NCBI GenBank assembly: GCA_965237955.1
Contig: OZ250169.1
Coordinates: 1,568,001 to 1,632,000 of the forward strand
Source: Candidatus Marinacidobacterales bacterium
GTDB taxonomy: Bacteria; Acidobacteriota; Vicinamibacteria; Marinacidobacterales; SMYC01
Reading direction: 5' to 3'
Length of the DNA: 64,000 nt
The position numbers and the translations under genes were made by a program. Below are positions 1 through 13,391 of this stretch, in pieces; the first letter of the stretch is position 1, and each line of letters begins with the position of its first letter. The notes under the pieces were generated by a model that saw only the letters and a list, made by a program, of their open reading frames with translations, was not told the DNA's origin and did no database searches.

Positions 1-206
1 TCGACAGCATCGTCAAGCAGGAAAAGCTCGAGGAGACCGAGGAAGAGGTGTCGGTCGAGGTCGAAAAAGCTTCGAAGGCGCTCGAGAAGAGCCCCGAGGC
101 GACTCGGGCCCAAATGATGAAAGACGGTACGCTAGAACGAGTTAGAGGTAGATTGCGCCGCGAGAAGGCGGTTGACTTCGTAAAGCTTCGTGCTAAACTT
201 AAATAG
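1..206 (+). CDS. tig: Trigger factor, C-terminal part (5' truncated by window)
   Basis: Frame from base 3 reads DSIVKQEKLEETEEEV...GRLRREKAVDFVKLRAKLK* (TAG 204-206). Canonical tig-clpP-clpX-lon order. Confidence 0.85.
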   Translation, partial: DSIVKQEKLEETEEEVSVEVEKASKALEKSPEATRAQMMKDGTLERVRGRLRREKAVDFVKLRAKLK

Positions 207-221
207 GGGTAGGACTTACAA

Positions 222-803
222 ATGCAGGTCCCAATGGTGGTCGAACAGACCAACCGGGGTGAGCGTTTCTTTGATATTTACTCGCGCTTACTCAAAGACA
301 ACATCATATTTATAGGAACCCCGATCGACGACTATGTTGCCAACCTCGTCGTCGCTCAGCTCCTTTTTCTCGAGGCGGAAGATCCCGAAAAGGAGATCTC
401 CGTCTACATCAACTCTCCGGGAGGCTCGGTGACGGCGGGCTTCGCCGTCTACGACACGTTCCAGTTCATCCGCCCTGACGTGACCACGTATTGCATCGGG
501 CAGGCGGCGAGCATGGCGGCGGTGCTGCTGGCAGCGGGAACGCCGGGAAAGCGGTTCGCGCTCCCGAACTCACGCGTCATCATCCACCAACCTTCTGGTG
601 GCACCCAGGGCCAAGCCACGGATATCAACATCCAGGCAAAGGAAATTCTCCGTACGCGCCAGCGGCTCAATGAAATCCTCTCCGTTCACACGGGGCAGGA
701 CATTCCCAAGATCGAACAAGATGTCGAGCGGGACTTCATCATGACGGCCGACCTCGCCCGCGACTACGGCATCATCGACCAGGTCATCGACAGGCGTTCC
801 TAA
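222..803 (+). CDS. clpP: ATP-dependent Clp protease proteolytic subunit
   Basis: [34 protein letters not shown] (catalytic Ser), IHQP (His). Confidence 0.98.
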   Translation: MQVPMVVEQTNRGERFFDIYSRLLKDNIIFIGTPIDDYVANLVVAQLLFLEAEDPEKEISVYINSPGGSVTAGFAVYDTFQFIRPDVTTYCIGQAASMAAVLLAAGTPGKRFALPNSRVIIHQPSGGTQGQATDINIQAKEILRTRQRLNEILSVHTGQDIPKIEQDVERDFIMTADLARDYGIIDQVIDRRS

Positions 804-823
804 CGCGCACGAGGACGAAAAGA

Positions 824-2074
824 GTGGCCAAAAAGAACGGGGACCCGGAAGTACTTCGTTGCTCCTTCTGTAACAAGGATCAGAGCGACGTGCGCAAGCT
901 CATCGCCGGTCCCACCGTCTTCATCTGCGACGAGTGTGTCGAGGTCTGTAACGACATCATCGCAGACGATCATCGTTTCGAGAACCGCTCTCAGCGCTCG
1001 AACCTACCGACGCCCGTCGAGGTCAAACAGTTCCTCGACGAGTACGTCGTCGGGCAGGAAGAGGCCAAAAAGCGGCTCGCGGTAGCGGTCTACAACCACT
1101 ACAAGCGCGTCAATATCATGAAGTCGAAAGGGCGCCAGGACGTCGAGCTCACCAAGAGCAACATTCTGCTCATCGGCGCGACCGGCACAGGCAAAACGCT
1201 TCTCGCACAAACCCTCGCGAAGCTTCTCTCGGTTCCGTTCACGATCGTGGACGCCACCACGCTCACCGAGGCCGGCTACGTCGGCGAAGATGTGGAGAAC
1301 ATCATCCTCAAGCTCCTCCAGGCGGCTCAAGGCGATATCGAAAAGTGCCAGGAAGGCATCATTTATATCGACGAGATCGACAAGATCTGCCGCAAGGACG
1401 AGAACCCTTCCATTACCCGTGACGTCTCGGGCGAAGGTGTGCAGCAGGCTCTGCTCAAGATCCTCGAAGGCACGGTCGCGAATGTGCCGCCCCAGGGAGG
1501 CCGCAAACACCCTCACCAGGAGTTCTACCAGATCGACACGACGAACATTCTGTTCATCGTCGGCGGTGCGTTCGTCGGACTCGACAAGCTCATCGAGCGG
1601 CGCGCGGGCAAGAAGAGCCTCGGGTTCCGGGCCGACATCAAGAAGGTCAAGGTCAAAGCGAGCGACAAGGAAAACTTCTTCAGCCAGGTGCAGCCGATGG
1701 ACCTCATCAAGTACGGGCTCATCCCCGAGTTCGTCGGAAGACTCCCGGTCCTGGGCACGCTCCACGAGCTCGGTCGTGATGCCCTCATCCGCATCATGAG
1801 CGAACCGAGAAACGCCATCACCAAGCAATACCAGCGCCTGTTCGAGTACGAGAACGTGAAGCTTCGATTCACCGACGAAGCCTTGGGTGCCATCGCCGAC
1901 CAGGCGGTCGAGCGCAAGATCGGGGCCCGGGGCCTCCGGATGATCATCGAAGACCTCATGCTCGACCTGATGTATAATCTGCCGTCTCAAAAGAAGGTCA
2001 AAGAAGTCGTCGTCACCAAGGAGGTCGTGGAAGACCGCGAGAAGCCGGTGACCTTAATCGAAAAGGCGGGCTAG
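824..2074 (+). CDS. clpX: ATP-dependent Clp protease ATP-binding subunit ClpX
   Basis: C4 zinc finger CSFC..ICDEC, Walker [35 protein letters not shown]. Confidence 0.98.
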   Translation: MAKKNGDPEVLRCSFCNKDQSDVRKLIAGPTVFICDECVEVCNDIIADDHRFENRSQRSNLPTPVEVKQFLDEYVVGQEEAKKRLAVAVYNHYKRVNIMKSKGRQDVELTKSNILLIGATGTGKTLLAQTLAKLLSVPFTIVDATTLTEAGYVGEDVENIILKLLQAAQGDIEKCQEGIIYIDEIDKICRKDENPSITRDVSGEGVQQALLKILEGTVANVPPQGGRKHPHQEFYQIDTTNILFIVGGAFVGLDKLIERRAGKKSLGFRADIKKVKVKASDKENFFSQVQPMDLIKYGLIPEFVGRLPVLGTLHELGRDALIRIMSEPRNAITKQYQRLFEYENVKLRFTDEALGAIADQAVERKIGARGLRMIIEDLMLDLMYNLPSQKKVKEVVVTKEVVEDREKPVTLIEKAG

Positions 2075-2271
2075 GCACTGGGGGTTTCCGGCGCCAGGCC
2101 GGAGACGATTGGAATTTAGACTCTTTTTTAATTTTCAATTCGAACCAAACGTAACACTTGTCGCTAGGCTCGCCTTTTCGGCGAGTCGAAAATCCCCGAA
2201 TTTGAACCCAAGCACTCGGACCGTGAGCCCGGATTGAACACGAGCCGCACCACGAGCAAGTAACGAGGCAT

Positions 2272-4734
2272 ATGTTCGGAGCCAAGAGCAAAGATCGCGC
2301 TGAAGTCTACGAGACCCTCCCCATGGTCCCCCTGAGAGACGTGGTGATCTTCCCGTACATGATGATGCCCTTCGTCATCGGGCGCTCGTCATCGGTACGT
2401 GCCCTGGAGTATGCGCTAGCGCACGACCGGCGTATCTTCTTGGCCGCGCAGCTCGACGCGACCACCGACGACCCCGGCGCGCCCGACATCTACACCGTGG
2501 GCACGGTGTCGAACATCCTGCAATCGGTCAAGCTTCCCGATGGGAACATCAAGGTCCTCGTCGAGGGCGCCGACCGTGGCCGCACCATCGAGTGTCGCGA
2601 CGAAGAGGGGTTTTACAAAGTCGTGGTGAAGACGGTGCCCAAGCCCCAGGATTTGCCGGTCGAAGCGGACGAGCTCATGAGTAAAGTCGTCTCGCTGTTC
2701 GAGCAGTACGTCAAGCTCGCGAGCAACTTGCAAAGCGAAGTCAAAAATGCCGCAGTGCAAGTCGACGATCCCGGCAAGCTCTCCGACACCATTGCGTCTC
2801 ACCTAGTCATGACGGTAGACGAGAAGCAGAACCTCCTCGAGATTTGGAATCCGGTGGAGCGCCTCACCCGGATCGCGACCGCGCTCGAGCTCGAAGTGGA
2901 CAAGTTTCAGGTCGACCGGCGCGTCCAGGGTCGCGTACGCAAACAAATGGAGCGCGCTCAGAAGGAGTACTACCTCAACGAGAAGATGAAGGCGATCCAG
3001 AAGGAGCTCGGCAAGAAAGACGACAAAGGCAACGAGGTCGACGAGCTGCGGACGAAAATCGTCGAGTCGAAGATGAGCAAAGAGGCCGAGGAGAAGGCCA
3101 TTGTCGAGCTCAAACGCCTCGAGGTGATGCCACCGATGTCCGCCGAGGCGACGGTGTCGCGCAACTACCTCGATTGGCTCCTCGCCGTTCCGTGGTCGAA
3201 AAAGACTCGTGAAAGCCGCGATATCACGCGCGCCGAGCGCATCCTCGACGAAGACCACTATGGTCTCGCAAAAGTGAAAGACCGCTTCATCGAGTTCCTC
3301 GCGGTACGCCAACTCGTCAGAAAACAGCGCGGTCCGATCCTCTGCCTCGTGGGCCCTCCCGGCGTCGGCAAAACGTCACTCGCGAAGTCGGTCGCGCGCG
3401 CGACCAACCGCAAATTCGTGCGGTTGTCGCTCGGCGACGTCCGTGACGAAGCCGAGGTCCGCGGTCATCGCCGGACCTATATCGGCGCGTTCCCTGGTCA
3501 AATCATCCAAATGATGAAAAAGGCCGGGACGATCAACCCGCTGATCCTGCTCGATGAATTAGACAAGATGAGCATGGATTTTCGCGGTGATCCGGCATCG
3601 GCGCTTCTCGAAGTCCTCGACCCCGAGCAGAACCATTCGTTTCAGGATCATTACCTCGACGTCGACTACGACCTGTCGAACGCGATGTTCATCGCGACCG
3701 CGAACGTGTTACAGAACATGCCGCAGGCGTTGATGGACCGCCTCGAGGTCATCCGCCTTCCCGGCTACACCGAAGAAGAAAAGATTCAGATCGCGAAACG
3801 ATTTCTCGTCGCAAAGCAAAAAGAGGCCAACGGGCTCAAGAACAAGAACGTTTCGCTGGACGACGCGGCACTGATCGAGATGATCCGCCGCTACACGCGT
3901 GAAGCCGGTGTCCGCAGCCTCGAGCGCGAGATCGCGTCGATCTTTCGTAAAGTGGCGCGAAGCATCGTCAAAGCCAACAAGAAAGCTACCGACGAGGCTC
4001 TCCATATCGAGCAAAGGGCGATCGGCGACTACCTCGGGGTCCCCAAATATCGACCGCGAAGCAAGGAAGGCGAGGCGGAAGTCGGTACGGCGACGGGACT
4101 CGCGTGGACGGAAGTGGGTGGCGAGCTGTTGACGACCGAAGCCACGTTCATGCCCGGCAAGGGAGATCTCACGCTGACGGGAAAGCTCGGCGACGTGATG
4201 CAGGAGTCGGCGCGCACGGCGCTCTCCGTCATCCGCTCTCGCGCGGAGCGCTACGGGCTCCCCAAGGACTTTCACAAGAAGATCGACATCCATTTGCACG
4301 TTCCCGAAGGCGCGATCCCGAAAGACGGGCCCTCCGCTGGCATTACGCTCGCGACGGCGCTCCTGTCCGCGCTCTCGGACGTTCCAGTGCGCTCAGATGT
4401 GGCCATGACCGGCGAGATTACGCTTCGAGGTAAGGTGCTTCCCATCGGTGGTGTCAAGGAAAAGCTCCTTGCTGCGCACCGCGCGGGCATCATCAACATC
4501 GTCATGCCCGTCGACAACGAAAAAGACCTGAGCGAAATTCCGGACGAGATCCGGAAACAGCTTTCCATCAAGCTCGTCGACAAGGTCGATGACGTCTTCG
4601 AGACCGCGCTCACGTCGCCACCGCGCGTGGCCTCCGATGATTCTCTCGAGCCTCTCGAAGACGATACGGAGCTCGAGCCCGACCTGCCGCCCGAGGACGA
4701 GGGGCCGGTTGCGGGCGAATCGATTGCGCATTAA
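2272..4734 (+). CDS. lon: Endopeptidase La (Lon)
   Basis: LON N-domain, [27 protein letters not shown] catalytic Ser, [10 protein letters not shown]. Confidence 0.98.
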   Translation: MFGAKSKDRAEVYETLPMVPLRDVVIFPYMMMPFVIGRSSSVRALEYALAHDRRIFLAAQLDATTDDPGAPDIYTVGTVSNILQSVKLPDGNIKVLVEGADRGRTIECRDEEGFYKVVVKTVPKPQDLPVEADELMSKVVSLFEQYVKLASNLQSEVKNAAVQVDDPGKLSDTIASHLVMTVDEKQNLLEIWNPVERLTRIATALELEVDKFQVDRRVQGRVRKQMERAQKEYYLNEKMKAIQKELGKKDDKGNEVDELRTKIVESKMSKEAEEKAIVELKRLEVMPPMSAEATVSRNYLDWLLAVPWSKKTRESRDITRAERILDEDHYGLAKVKDRFIEFLAVRQLVRKQRGPILCLVGPPGVGKTSLAKSVARATNRKFVRLSLGDVRDEAEVRGHRRTYIGAFPGQIIQMMKKAGTINPLILLDELDKMSMDFRGDPASALLEVLDPEQNHSFQDHYLDVDYDLSNAMFIATANVLQNMPQALMDRLEVIRLPGYTEEEKIQIAKRFLVAKQKEANGLKNKNVSLDDAALIEMIRRYTREAGVRSLEREIASIFRKVARSIVKANKKATDEALHIEQRAIGDYLGVPKYRPRSKEGEAEVGTATGLAWTEVGGELLTTEATFMPGKGDLTLTGKLGDVMQESARTALSVIRSRAERYGLPKDFHKKIDIHLHVPEGAIPKDGPSAGITLATALLSALSDVPVRSDVAMTGEITLRGKVLPIGGVKEKLLAAHRAGIINIVMPVDNEKDLSEIPDEIRKQLSIKLVDKVDDVFETALTSPPRVASDDSLEPLEDDTELEPDLPPEDEGPVAGESIAH

Positions 4735-5376
4735 GACATTAGGTGACCGGGGTCGGTCACTTCTGTAACAACCTTCTGGGGTTCTCATTCATCCATGAAC
4801 GAGACGGTAATGCATCATGAAGAAGACGCTCTCCGTCGAATTCGTCACCAGCGCGGCGCAACCGAGCGATTTCCCGAAACGAGATCTTCCCGAGGTCGCC
4901 GTGGTGGGCCGCTCCAACGTAGGCAAGTCCAGCCTTTTGAACCGGCTGACGGGCGCGAAGCGTATGGCGTTCGTCTCGAAAACTCCCGGTCGGACGCAGC
5001 TCGTCAACTTTTTTCGGCTTGGCGGCGAGATGATGCTCGTCGACCTCCCTGGCTACGGCTTCGCAAAAGTACCGGCGTCCGTGCGCCAGAACTGGGAGAA
5101 GCTGGTGACGGCCTACCTCTTCGAGCGGGAGGCGGCGCTTCGTTTGGCTCTGCTTCTGGTGGACGTGCGCCGCGAGCCGATGCACATCGATATTCAGGTC
5201 CGCGACCTGCTCGTTCAGGGCGAGGTGGCGCATGCCGTCGTCGCCACCAAGGCGGACAAACTTTCAAAGAGCCGCGTCCGGCAACAACGGGCGAAGCTCG
5301 AACGCATTTATGGGGCCGAGGGGAAAGTACCCCTTATCACTTTTTCCGCGGTCACGAATGAAGGAAGGAACGAGTT

Positions 5377-6732
<1,356 letters not shown>

Positions 6733-6801
6733 TTCAGCATTCACCAAAATGCCTAGGCAAATGCGCTACAATGGAGGATCGCATTTGCCCTAGGAGCAGC
6801 T

Positions 6802-7038
6802 ATGAAACCCGATATTCACCCTAAATACGAGGACGTCAACGTTCGCTGCGCGTGCGGGGAGACGTACACCACGCGCTCCACGAAGGGGAGCGAGATCCGC
6901 CTGGAAATTTGCTCGAAGTGCCATCCGTTCTTCACCGGCAAACAGAAGCTCATCGACTCGGCAGGCCGGGTCGAGCGCTTCAAGCAGAAATACGGCGACA
7001 TCACGCGTAAGAAGAAGAAGGCGGCCGCGACCACCTAA
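6802..7038 (+). CDS. rpmE: 50S ribosomal protein L31 (Zn-binding type)
   Basis: [26 protein letters not shown]; AGGAG RBS. Confidence 0.97.
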   Translation: MKPDIHPKYEDVNVRCACGETYTTRSTKGSEIRLEICSKCHPFFTGKQKLIDSAGRVERFKQKYGDITRKKKKAAATT

Positions 7039-7060
7039 GGCCCCAGTTAAGAGAAGCCCG

Positions 7061-8152
7061 ATGTCGAACCTGGAGCAAAAGCTCGAGGCCGTCGAAAAGC
7101 GATTCGACGAGATCACCGCCGAGCTAGGCAAGCCCGAGGTCGTTTCCGACCCCGCGCGCATCCGTAGCCTGGCGAAAGTGCGCTCGGAGCTCGAGCCGGT
7201 GGTTGAACAGTACCGCCAGTTGAAGACCACCAAGAGCCAGCTCGAGGAGACTCGCGACATGCTGGCGGAAGCGGATGAGGAAGAGCTCAAAGCCCTCGCC
7301 CAAGAAGAGCTCGCACGGCTGGAAAAAGAGCTCGAGCGCCTCACCCAAGAAATCCGACTTCACTTGTTGCCCAAGGATCCGAACGACGAGCGCAACGTAC
7401 TACTCGAGATCCGCGCCGGTACCGGAGGCGACGAAGCGGCACTGTTCGCCCAAGAGATCTTCCGCATGTACACGCAATACGCGGAGCAGCAAGGGTGGAA
7501 AGTCCAAGTCATGAACGTCAACGACACCGGTATCGGCGGTATCAAAGAAGTCGTGGCGTTGATCGAGGGCAAAGGCGCGTACAGCCGGCTCAAGTACGAA
7601 AGCGGCGTGCACCGCGTACAGAGGGTTCCGGCGACAGAAGCGTCCGGCCGCATCCACACGTCAGCGGTCACCGTTGCCGTGCTTCCCGAAGCAGACGACG
7701 TCGAAATCGCAATCGATCCGAAAGAGCTTCGCATCGATACCTATTGCTCGTCGGGCCCGGGCGGTCAGAGCGTGAACACGACGTACTCCGCGGTGCGGAT
7801 CACGCATGAGCCCACCGGACTCGTCGTCACCTGCCAGGACGAGAAGTCGCAGATCAAGAACAAAGCGAAAGCGATGCGGGTGCTGCGCTCCCGGCTCTAC
7901 GACCTGGCGCGCAAGAAGCAACAAGACCAAATCGCGAGCGAGCGCAAGGGCCAGATCGGCTCGGGAGATCGCAGCGAGAAGATCCGCACCTACAACTTTC
8001 GCGAAGGCCGCGTGACCGACCATCGCATCCACTTGACGCTACACCAGCTCAGTACCATCCTCGACGGCAACTTGGACAGAGTCATCGACTCTCTCGTCAC
8101 TCACTACCAGACGGAAAAACTCAAAGAGGCCGAGGCCACCGTCTCGTCGTGA
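7061..8152 (+). CDS. prfA: Peptide chain release factor 1
   Basis: [17 protein letters not shown] (PxT motif), [18 protein letters not shown]. Confidence 0.98.
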   Translation: MSNLEQKLEAVEKRFDEITAELGKPEVVSDPARIRSLAKVRSELEPVVEQYRQLKTTKSQLEETRDMLAEADEEELKALAQEELARLEKELERLTQEIRLHLLPKDPNDERNVLLEIRAGTGGDEAALFAQEIFRMYTQYAEQQGWKVQVMNVNDTGIGGIKEVVALIEGKGAYSRLKYESGVHRVQRVPATEASGRIHTSAVTVAVLPEADDVEIAIDPKELRIDTYCSSGPGGQSVNTTYSAVRITHEPTGLVVTCQDEKSQIKNKAKAMRVLRSRLYDLARKKQQDQIASERKGQIGSGDRSEKIRTYNFREGRVTDHRIHLTLHQLSTILDGNLDRVIDSLVTHYQTEKLKEAEATVSS

Positions 8153-9018
8153 CCTCCGGCGGAAACCGCCTCATGAGCGCAGGGCGGCTTCTGCAACGAG
8201 GCGTCTCTGAGCTCGAACGTGCCGGTGTCGCCGACTCACGAATCCAAGCAGAGCTTTTGCTGCGGCATGCGCTCGGCTGCTCGCGTGAGTCGCTTTTGGC
8301 GCGGCTTCACGAGCCCGTTCCCGCCGAAGCATCGGGCCACTTCTTCCAGCTTGTCGAGCGAAGACGCGGCCGAGTTCCGGTTCAATACGTCGTCGGGGCC
8401 CAAGAGTTCTTCGGCCTGAGCTTTCGAGTTACCCCCGCGGTCCTCATCCCCCGTCCCGAGTCCGAAGGTCTCGTCGAAGAAGCCGTGCGCGAGCTCGGCG
8501 ATGCCCACGAGCCGCGCATCGTCGACGTCGGTTGCGGTAGCGGCTGCGTCACCGTCGCCATCGCTCACACATTGGCCGAAGCCGAGCTCGTCGCCATCGA
8601 CCAGTCGCCGGCGGCGCTCGCGATCGCGCGGGAAAACGCGCTACGCAATGGCGTGGCAAGCCGTATCGAGTTTCTCGAGGGCGATCTTCTCATCCCTCTC
8701 CAAACCGGAGACGTCGACGCTATCGTCTCCAATCCGCCGTACGTCCCCGACGACGAGCTCGAAACCCTCGAGCCCGAAGTTTCCGAGCACGAGCCTCGGC
8801 AAGCGTTGTCAGGCGGTAAGGACGGACTGTCGGTGATCGAACGCCTCTTGCCGGCAGCTGACAAAGCCCTCCGGCCCGGCGGGTTTTTCTTCATGGAGAT
8901 CGGCCACGATCAGGACGAACGCGTGAAAGAGCTCGTCACAAAAGCAGGTCTCGAGCATCTTCGCACGGTCCCCGACCTCGCGGGCATTCCCAGAATCGTC
9001 GTCGCCAAGAAACCCTGA
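8149..9018 (+). CDS. prmC: Release factor glutamine N5-methyltransferase
   Basis: [22 protein letters not shown]; GTGA overlap with the prfA stop. Confidence 0.96.
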   Translation: MTSGGNRLMSAGRLLQRGVSELERAGVADSRIQAELLLRHALGCSRESLLARLHEPVPAEASGHFFQLVERRRGRVPVQYVVGAQEFFGLSFRVTPAVLIPRPESEGLVEEAVRELGDAHEPRIVDVGCGSGCVTVAIAHTLAEAELVAIDQSPAALAIARENALRNGVASRIEFLEGDLLIPLQTGDVDAIVSNPPYVPDDELETLEPEVSEHEPRQALSGGKDGLSVIERLLPAADKALRPGGFFFMEIGHDQDERVKELVTKAGLEHLRTVPDLAGIPRIVVAKKP

Positions 9019-10275
9019 ATGGACAAGCTCCGGATCGTCGGCGGCCGGCGACTCGCCGGGAAGCTCCATGTCGGCGGAGCCAAGAACGCGTCTCTTCCCG
9101 CGATGGCGGCTTCGCTCCTGACCGATGCGCCGGTTCATCTCGCGAACCTGCCAGACGTGTGGGACGTCGGGACGATGAGACGGCTCCTGTTGCGACTCGG
9201 GACGAGCGTGACGCAGCCTTCTCTCCACGAGGCAAGCCTCACCACCGACTCGCTGACCTCGCACGAGGCGTCGTACGAGCTGGTCAAGACCATGAGAGCT
9301 TCGGTGCTCGTATTGGGTCCGCTTCTGGCACGGCATGGTCGGGCGCACGTCTCGCTCCCGGGAGGATGCGCCATCGGCGCTCGCCCCATCGACCAACACA
9401 TCGCCGGACTGGAGAAACTCGGGGCCCACATCAACCTCGACCACGGTTTCATCGATGCCGAGACCGACGGGCTCGTCGGCGCGACGATCCACTTCGACAA
9501 CGTGACCGTCGGCGGGACCGAGAACCTGATGATGGCCGCATGCCTCGCGCGCGGGGAAACCATTCTCGAGAATTGCGCTCGGGAGCCCGAGATCGTGGAC
9601 CTTGCCGAGCTCCTCACGGGCATGGGCGCGACCATCGAAGGTGCGGGTACGGCGCGTATCCGTATCGAAGGCGTCGCGCGTCTCGGTGGTACCACCCATT
9701 CGATCCAACCCGATCGTATCGAGGCCGCAACCTACCTCATCGCGGGCGCGCTCACCGGAGATGACGTCGAGCTTCGGGAATGTCGGCCCGAGCATCTCGG
9801 CGCGCTCTGTCAAGCGATTCGCGACATCGGTGTCCCGGTCGAGATTGGCGACGGCTCGATTCGCGTCCAGGGAGCCGATTGTGATCTCCGCGCGCTCGAC
9901 ATCGAGACCGCTCCGTATCCCGGCTTCGCGACAGACATGCAGGCACAACTGATGGTGCTCCTCACCCAAGCGAGCGGCGAAAGCCGTATCGTCGAGACCA
10001 TCTTCGAGAATCGCTTCATGCACGTCGCCGAGCTGAGCCGGATGGGCGCACGTATCGATCTCCACGGAAATCACGCGACCGTGGCAGGACCCACACCGCT
10101 TTATGCAGCCAACGTCATGGCGACGGACCTGCGGGCAAGCGCATGCCTGGTGCTCGCTGGACTCGTGGCCGAAGGTGAAACCATCATCGATCGCGTCTAC
10201 CACCTCGATCGAGGCTACGAGCACATCGAGGAGAAGCTTCACGGGCTTGGCGCCGAAGTCGAGCGCGTCGTTTGA
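9019..10275 (+). CDS. murA: UDP-N-acetylglucosamine 1-carboxyvinyltransferase
   Basis: GAKNASLP, SLPGGCAIGARP (active Cys), DMQAQ, IFENRFMH, YHLDRGYE. Confidence 0.98.
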   Translation: MDKLRIVGGRRLAGKLHVGGAKNASLPAMAASLLTDAPVHLANLPDVWDVGTMRRLLLRLGTSVTQPSLHEASLTTDSLTSHEASYELVKTMRASVLVLGPLLARHGRAHVSLPGGCAIGARPIDQHIAGLEKLGAHINLDHGFIDAETDGLVGATIHFDNVTVGGTENLMMAACLARGETILENCAREPEIVDLAELLTGMGATIEGAGTARIRIEGVARLGGTTHSIQPDRIEAATYLIAGALTGDDVELRECRPEHLGALCQAIRDIGVPVEIGDGSIRVQGADCDLRALDIETAPYPGFATDMQAQLMVLLTQASGESRIVETIFENRFMHVAELSRMGARIDLHGNHATVAGPTPLYAANVMATDLRASACLVLAGLVAEGETIIDRVYHLDRGYEHIEEKLHGLGAEVERVV

Positions 10276-10314
10276 CCTGCTGCAAGAATGTGGCAGTCGG
10301 TATACGGCCGCTGT

Positions 10315-10995
10315 TCACTTCCCGACTGTGACCAGCACCGTCGACGAGCTCACCGCCTTGTAGAACAGACCGTTCGTTTGCATCAAGATATCGAGGACCT
10401 CGCGGTAAGAAACCCCCTCGAGATCGACGGCGACGCGCTTGTCCCGAAACGACTCGTCGAAGAGGATGTTGACGCCCGCGAGCTCGGCGAGCGTTTCCAA
10501 CACGGTGCGGAGGCTCGAGCCCTCGGGAAACTTCACGTGGATCGGCTCCGGCGAGCTCGGGTCGAGGATGGGCTCGTCTTGCCGGAACGGCGAGAACGGC
10601 GAGATGCGTGCCGTCGGTTTTCGTGGAGCAGGTCGTTCGTGGCGACCGCGGCGCTCGCGTAGCTCCTCGAGCTCGTCGCGCGCGTAGCGATTCGTCGGAT
10701 CGTAATCGAGAGCGATCTCGAACCCTTCGATGGCCGCATCGATGTCGGCGGCGGCGGCGTAGGTGCGCGCGTCCTCCAAGTGGACGCGCGAAGCTTCGAG
10801 AAGGGCTCGCTCGAAGGCGATCCGGTACTCGACGTTGTCGGGTTCCTCGGCGAGCGCTCTTTCGTAGTATCGAACCGCGGCATCCCACTCGCCGGTTCGA
10901 GCCGCGTCGTGACCGCGCTCGAACGCGCCCGACGACGACGATTGGCAGGCTGTAACCGCGAGAATGGCAACCGCGGCAATCCGGGCAAGCTCCAT
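10315..10995 (-). CDS. Putative lipoprotein with TPRs and a secretin N-terminal (STN/N0-like) domain, no secretin pore domain
   Basis: Lipobox-like AVTAC; TPR-like helices (WDAAVRYYERAL); C-terminal LETLAELAGVNILFDESFRDKRVAVDLEGVS..QTNGLFYK. Confidence 0.65.
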   Translation of the reverse strand: MELARIAAVAILAVTACQSSSSGAFERGHDAARTGEWDAAVRYYERALAEEPDNVEYRIAFERALLEASRVHLEDARTYAAAADIDAAIEGFEIALDYDPTNRYARDELEELRERRGRHERPAPRKPTARISPFSPFRQDEPILDPSSPEPIHVKFPEGSSLRTVLETLAELAGVNILFDESFRDKRVAVDLEGVSYREVLDILMQTNGLFYKAVSSSTVLVTVGK

Positions 10996-11270
10996 GCTCT
11001 ATTCTACAGGGGCTCTTACAAATACACGTATCCGCAGGCTGGACCCTCTCCTGAGCTCTCCTGGCAAGCCTGGGACCGGCGAGCCGGGCGAGCCGAGTCG
11101 ACCCCATGCAGACGCTACGTTATGAGTGAGCCCGCCTCGCTTTTTCTATAGAAAACTGGCAAACTAACTGTATCCACAACAACTGAAGAATGGGGAGGGC
11201 GCACTTCGGTGCGGTCGCCTTCGGCGAGTCTCGCCGTAGCCCGGAGGGCGAAGGCGGAAATGGGGGTCCT

Positions 11271-11891
11271 ATGATCATCTTCGGAACGCGCGGCATCACG
11301 TCGACGAAGGAAACCGGTCCGTTCAACTGCCCGTCTTGCGGAGACCAGCGAGCCTACAGTCGGCGGAGCGTCAGGCGCTTTTTCACGCTGTACTTCATCC
11401 CGATTATCCCGCTCGACGAGGTGGGTGAGTACCTCGAGTGCCTCACGTGCAAGCAACAGTTCAGCGAGGAAGTGCTTGCCTACGATCCGATCGCCGAAGC
11501 CCAGCATCTCCAGGCCGACGTCGGCGCGTCGCTGAAACGAATCCTCGCCATCATCATGATGGCCGACGGCAAGGTCGACGACGCGCAGATCGCCGCGGCG
11601 TGCCGGGGTTACGAGCAGGTTCTCGGCATCGCCGTCGACGAGCACGAGATCCGAAGCGAGATGGCGTCCGTTCAAAACGGCGAGTCCGAGCTCATCGCGG
11701 AAGCGAACCGCTTGCGCGAACAGCTCAACGAGACCAGCAAGCAAGGCGTCATCCAAGCGGCCATCGCGGTCGCACTCGCCGACGGTCCCGTCGAAGGCGC
11801 GGAGCGAACGTTCCTCGGAAATCTAGCAAGAGAGCTCAAGGTTCCGCTGAACGAAGTCCAGACGCTGCTGCGATCCGCGACGGTCGCGTGA
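11271..11891 (+). CDS. Zinc-ribbon + TerB-like domain protein
   Basis: MIIFGTRG..CPSC..RRFFTLYFIPIIPL..EYLECLTC followed by TerB-like MMADGKVDD and ALADGPVEGAE. Confidence 0.8.
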   Translation: MIIFGTRGITSTKETGPFNCPSCGDQRAYSRRSVRRFFTLYFIPIIPLDEVGEYLECLTCKQQFSEEVLAYDPIAEAQHLQADVGASLKRILAIIMMADGKVDDAQIAAACRGYEQVLGIAVDEHEIRSEMASVQNGESELIAEANRLREQLNETSKQGVIQAAIAVALADGPVEGAERTFLGNLARELKVPLNEVQTLLRSATVA

Positions 11892-12535
11892 TCTTCGCAG
11901 GCGGGATCCTCCACCTGCTGGTGGTGGCGCTTCCGCTTCTTTGCCTCGGGCTCCTCGGCGCCAGCCTGCGGGATCCGGCAACGCTCATCTTTCTTGTCGG
12001 TGCGTCCGCGCTCTACGCGGGCGACACCGTGACGATGCAGTGGAAGTCTTCGGAGTCACGCTCGGCGCTGAACTCGCGCGCGAAGCGTTGGGCTGCGGTG
12101 ACCGGCTGTTTGTTGCTGTTGCTCTTCTGGGCGTGCTTACTCGAGCGTGCGGTCACAGCACCCGCGGGTTCGTGGCTTCAGGCCCTCGGCGGTGCAATCC
12201 TTCTTTCAGGTATTACTCTGCGCGCTCTGGCCGTCCGCACGTTGGGCCGCAACTTTCGCACCGAGATCGAAGGCGTCGACGACGCGCTCGTGCGAAGCGG
12301 CGTGTATCGCTTCTTGCGGCATCCCTCGGAGACGGGTTTGCTCGCTGCGTCGCTGGGAGCGGCGGTTCTTCTACAAAGCGTGCTTGGCCTCGTCGTCTGG
12401 TGCGGTGCACTCCTCCCGGTGACGCTCGCCCGTTTGGCACTGGAAGATCGCGCCCTCGAGCTACGTTTCGGAACACTCTACGAACGATACGCCGAGGAAG
12501 TCGGCGGACTGGTCCCGCTGTCTCGCGGACGCTAG
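11888..12535 (+). CDS. Isoprenylcysteine carboxyl methyltransferase (ICMT/PEMT) family membrane protein
   Basis: TM helices then TLGRNF..LVRSGVYRFLRHPS..LEDRAL..RFG..YERY; GTG overlaps the upstream TGA. Confidence 0.8.
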   Translation: MIFAGGILHLLVVALPLLCLGLLGASLRDPATLIFLVGASALYAGDTVTMQWKSSESRSALNSRAKRWAAVTGCLLLLLFWACLLERAVTAPAGSWLQALGGAILLSGITLRALAVRTLGRNFRTEIEGVDDALVRSGVYRFLRHPSETGLLAASLGAAVLLQSVLGLVVWCGALLPVTLARLALEDRALELRFGTLYERYAEEVGGLVPLSRGR

Positions 12536-12544
12536 TCCGGTCGG

Positions 12545-12745
12545 GTGGACTCACCGACGAAGATTACAATCGTGGATGACGTCGTGACAAAACGGGCCAC
12601 GCTTCTCGCGGCTGCCTCGCTTCTCGCCGCGAGGGTTCCGTCCGCAGATATTCGGGCCTTCGCGCTCTTGAGGACTATGGGGTTCCTGCCTGAGGTTCAG
12701 CGCATCGTGGACCCCGTGGTTGGGCAGATCTCGCTGAACCGCTAG
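12545..12745 (+). pseudogene. C-terminal fragment of a phosphoribosyltransferase-family gene
   Basis: ITIVDDVVTKRATLLAAASLL resembles the PRPP-binding motif; only 66 aa, N-terminus absent. Confidence 0.55.
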
Positions 12746-12867
12746 GGAGGAGTGGACCGCGACCCATAAGCGGTTTCTCCCGAATTGCGTCCCGTCCTCG
12801 CGGTACCACCCGAAAGAAACGACCTTCAGTTCGACAACGAGCTCAACGCAACCCAGGGTAGAACTTT

Positions 12868-13030
12868 CGCCGACGATGGGCGCGTGATCCGCCGTGTGTT
12901 CAAAACCGACCCGTTGATTTGCAAAAACTGCGTCGGCAAGGTGCGCGTCGTTTCTTTCATTCACCGAGCCAGCTCATCCGCCAGATCTTGGACCATCTCC
13001 AAAACCGCATTAGTCGGGACCCTCCTCTTC
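12868..13030 (+). pseudogene. Remnant of the C-terminus of an IS91-like (Y2) transposase
   Basis: Across frameshifts: RRRWA/IRRVFKTDPLICKNCVGKVRVVSFI/LIRQILDHL..RDPP. Confidence 0.65.
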
Positions 13031-13391
13031 CGCCTGACCCGTTTTCCAAAATCACCAATCTCTCACTCTGTCCTAGGCTCACTGCCCCAGCGGCTGTTTC
13101 GTCCGCGCAGCAACCTGGATCTAAGTCTTAGCCCGCGTCATCCCCATGTAGCAAGCCTCCGTTCTTCCTGCAGGATACGCGCGTGGGCCGTTGTGCAATG
13201 AAACCGATAGCCGCTCCGTTTGCACAACCGTAGAACCCAACCTGCGCCGCTTCCTCTGCGGGTCGGTGGCGAGTTTCATGACCAACCACGTGGTCCATTC
13301 AAAGGCCTTCCACGACCGCAAGACCTTGGAGCGGTGCCTCGGCCCGCTCACGCCGAGGGAGACATCATCAACCGAAACCGGAGAGGGGAGG

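Noticed and set aside
2075-2271. CIRCE heat-shock operator upstream of lon (AGCACTC at ~2211)
   Set aside because: The second half-site GAGTGCTAA is absent at 9-nt spacing.
11171-11179. DnaA-box-like GTATCCACA / replication origin
   Set aside because: Single imperfect box, no cluster and no dnaA context.
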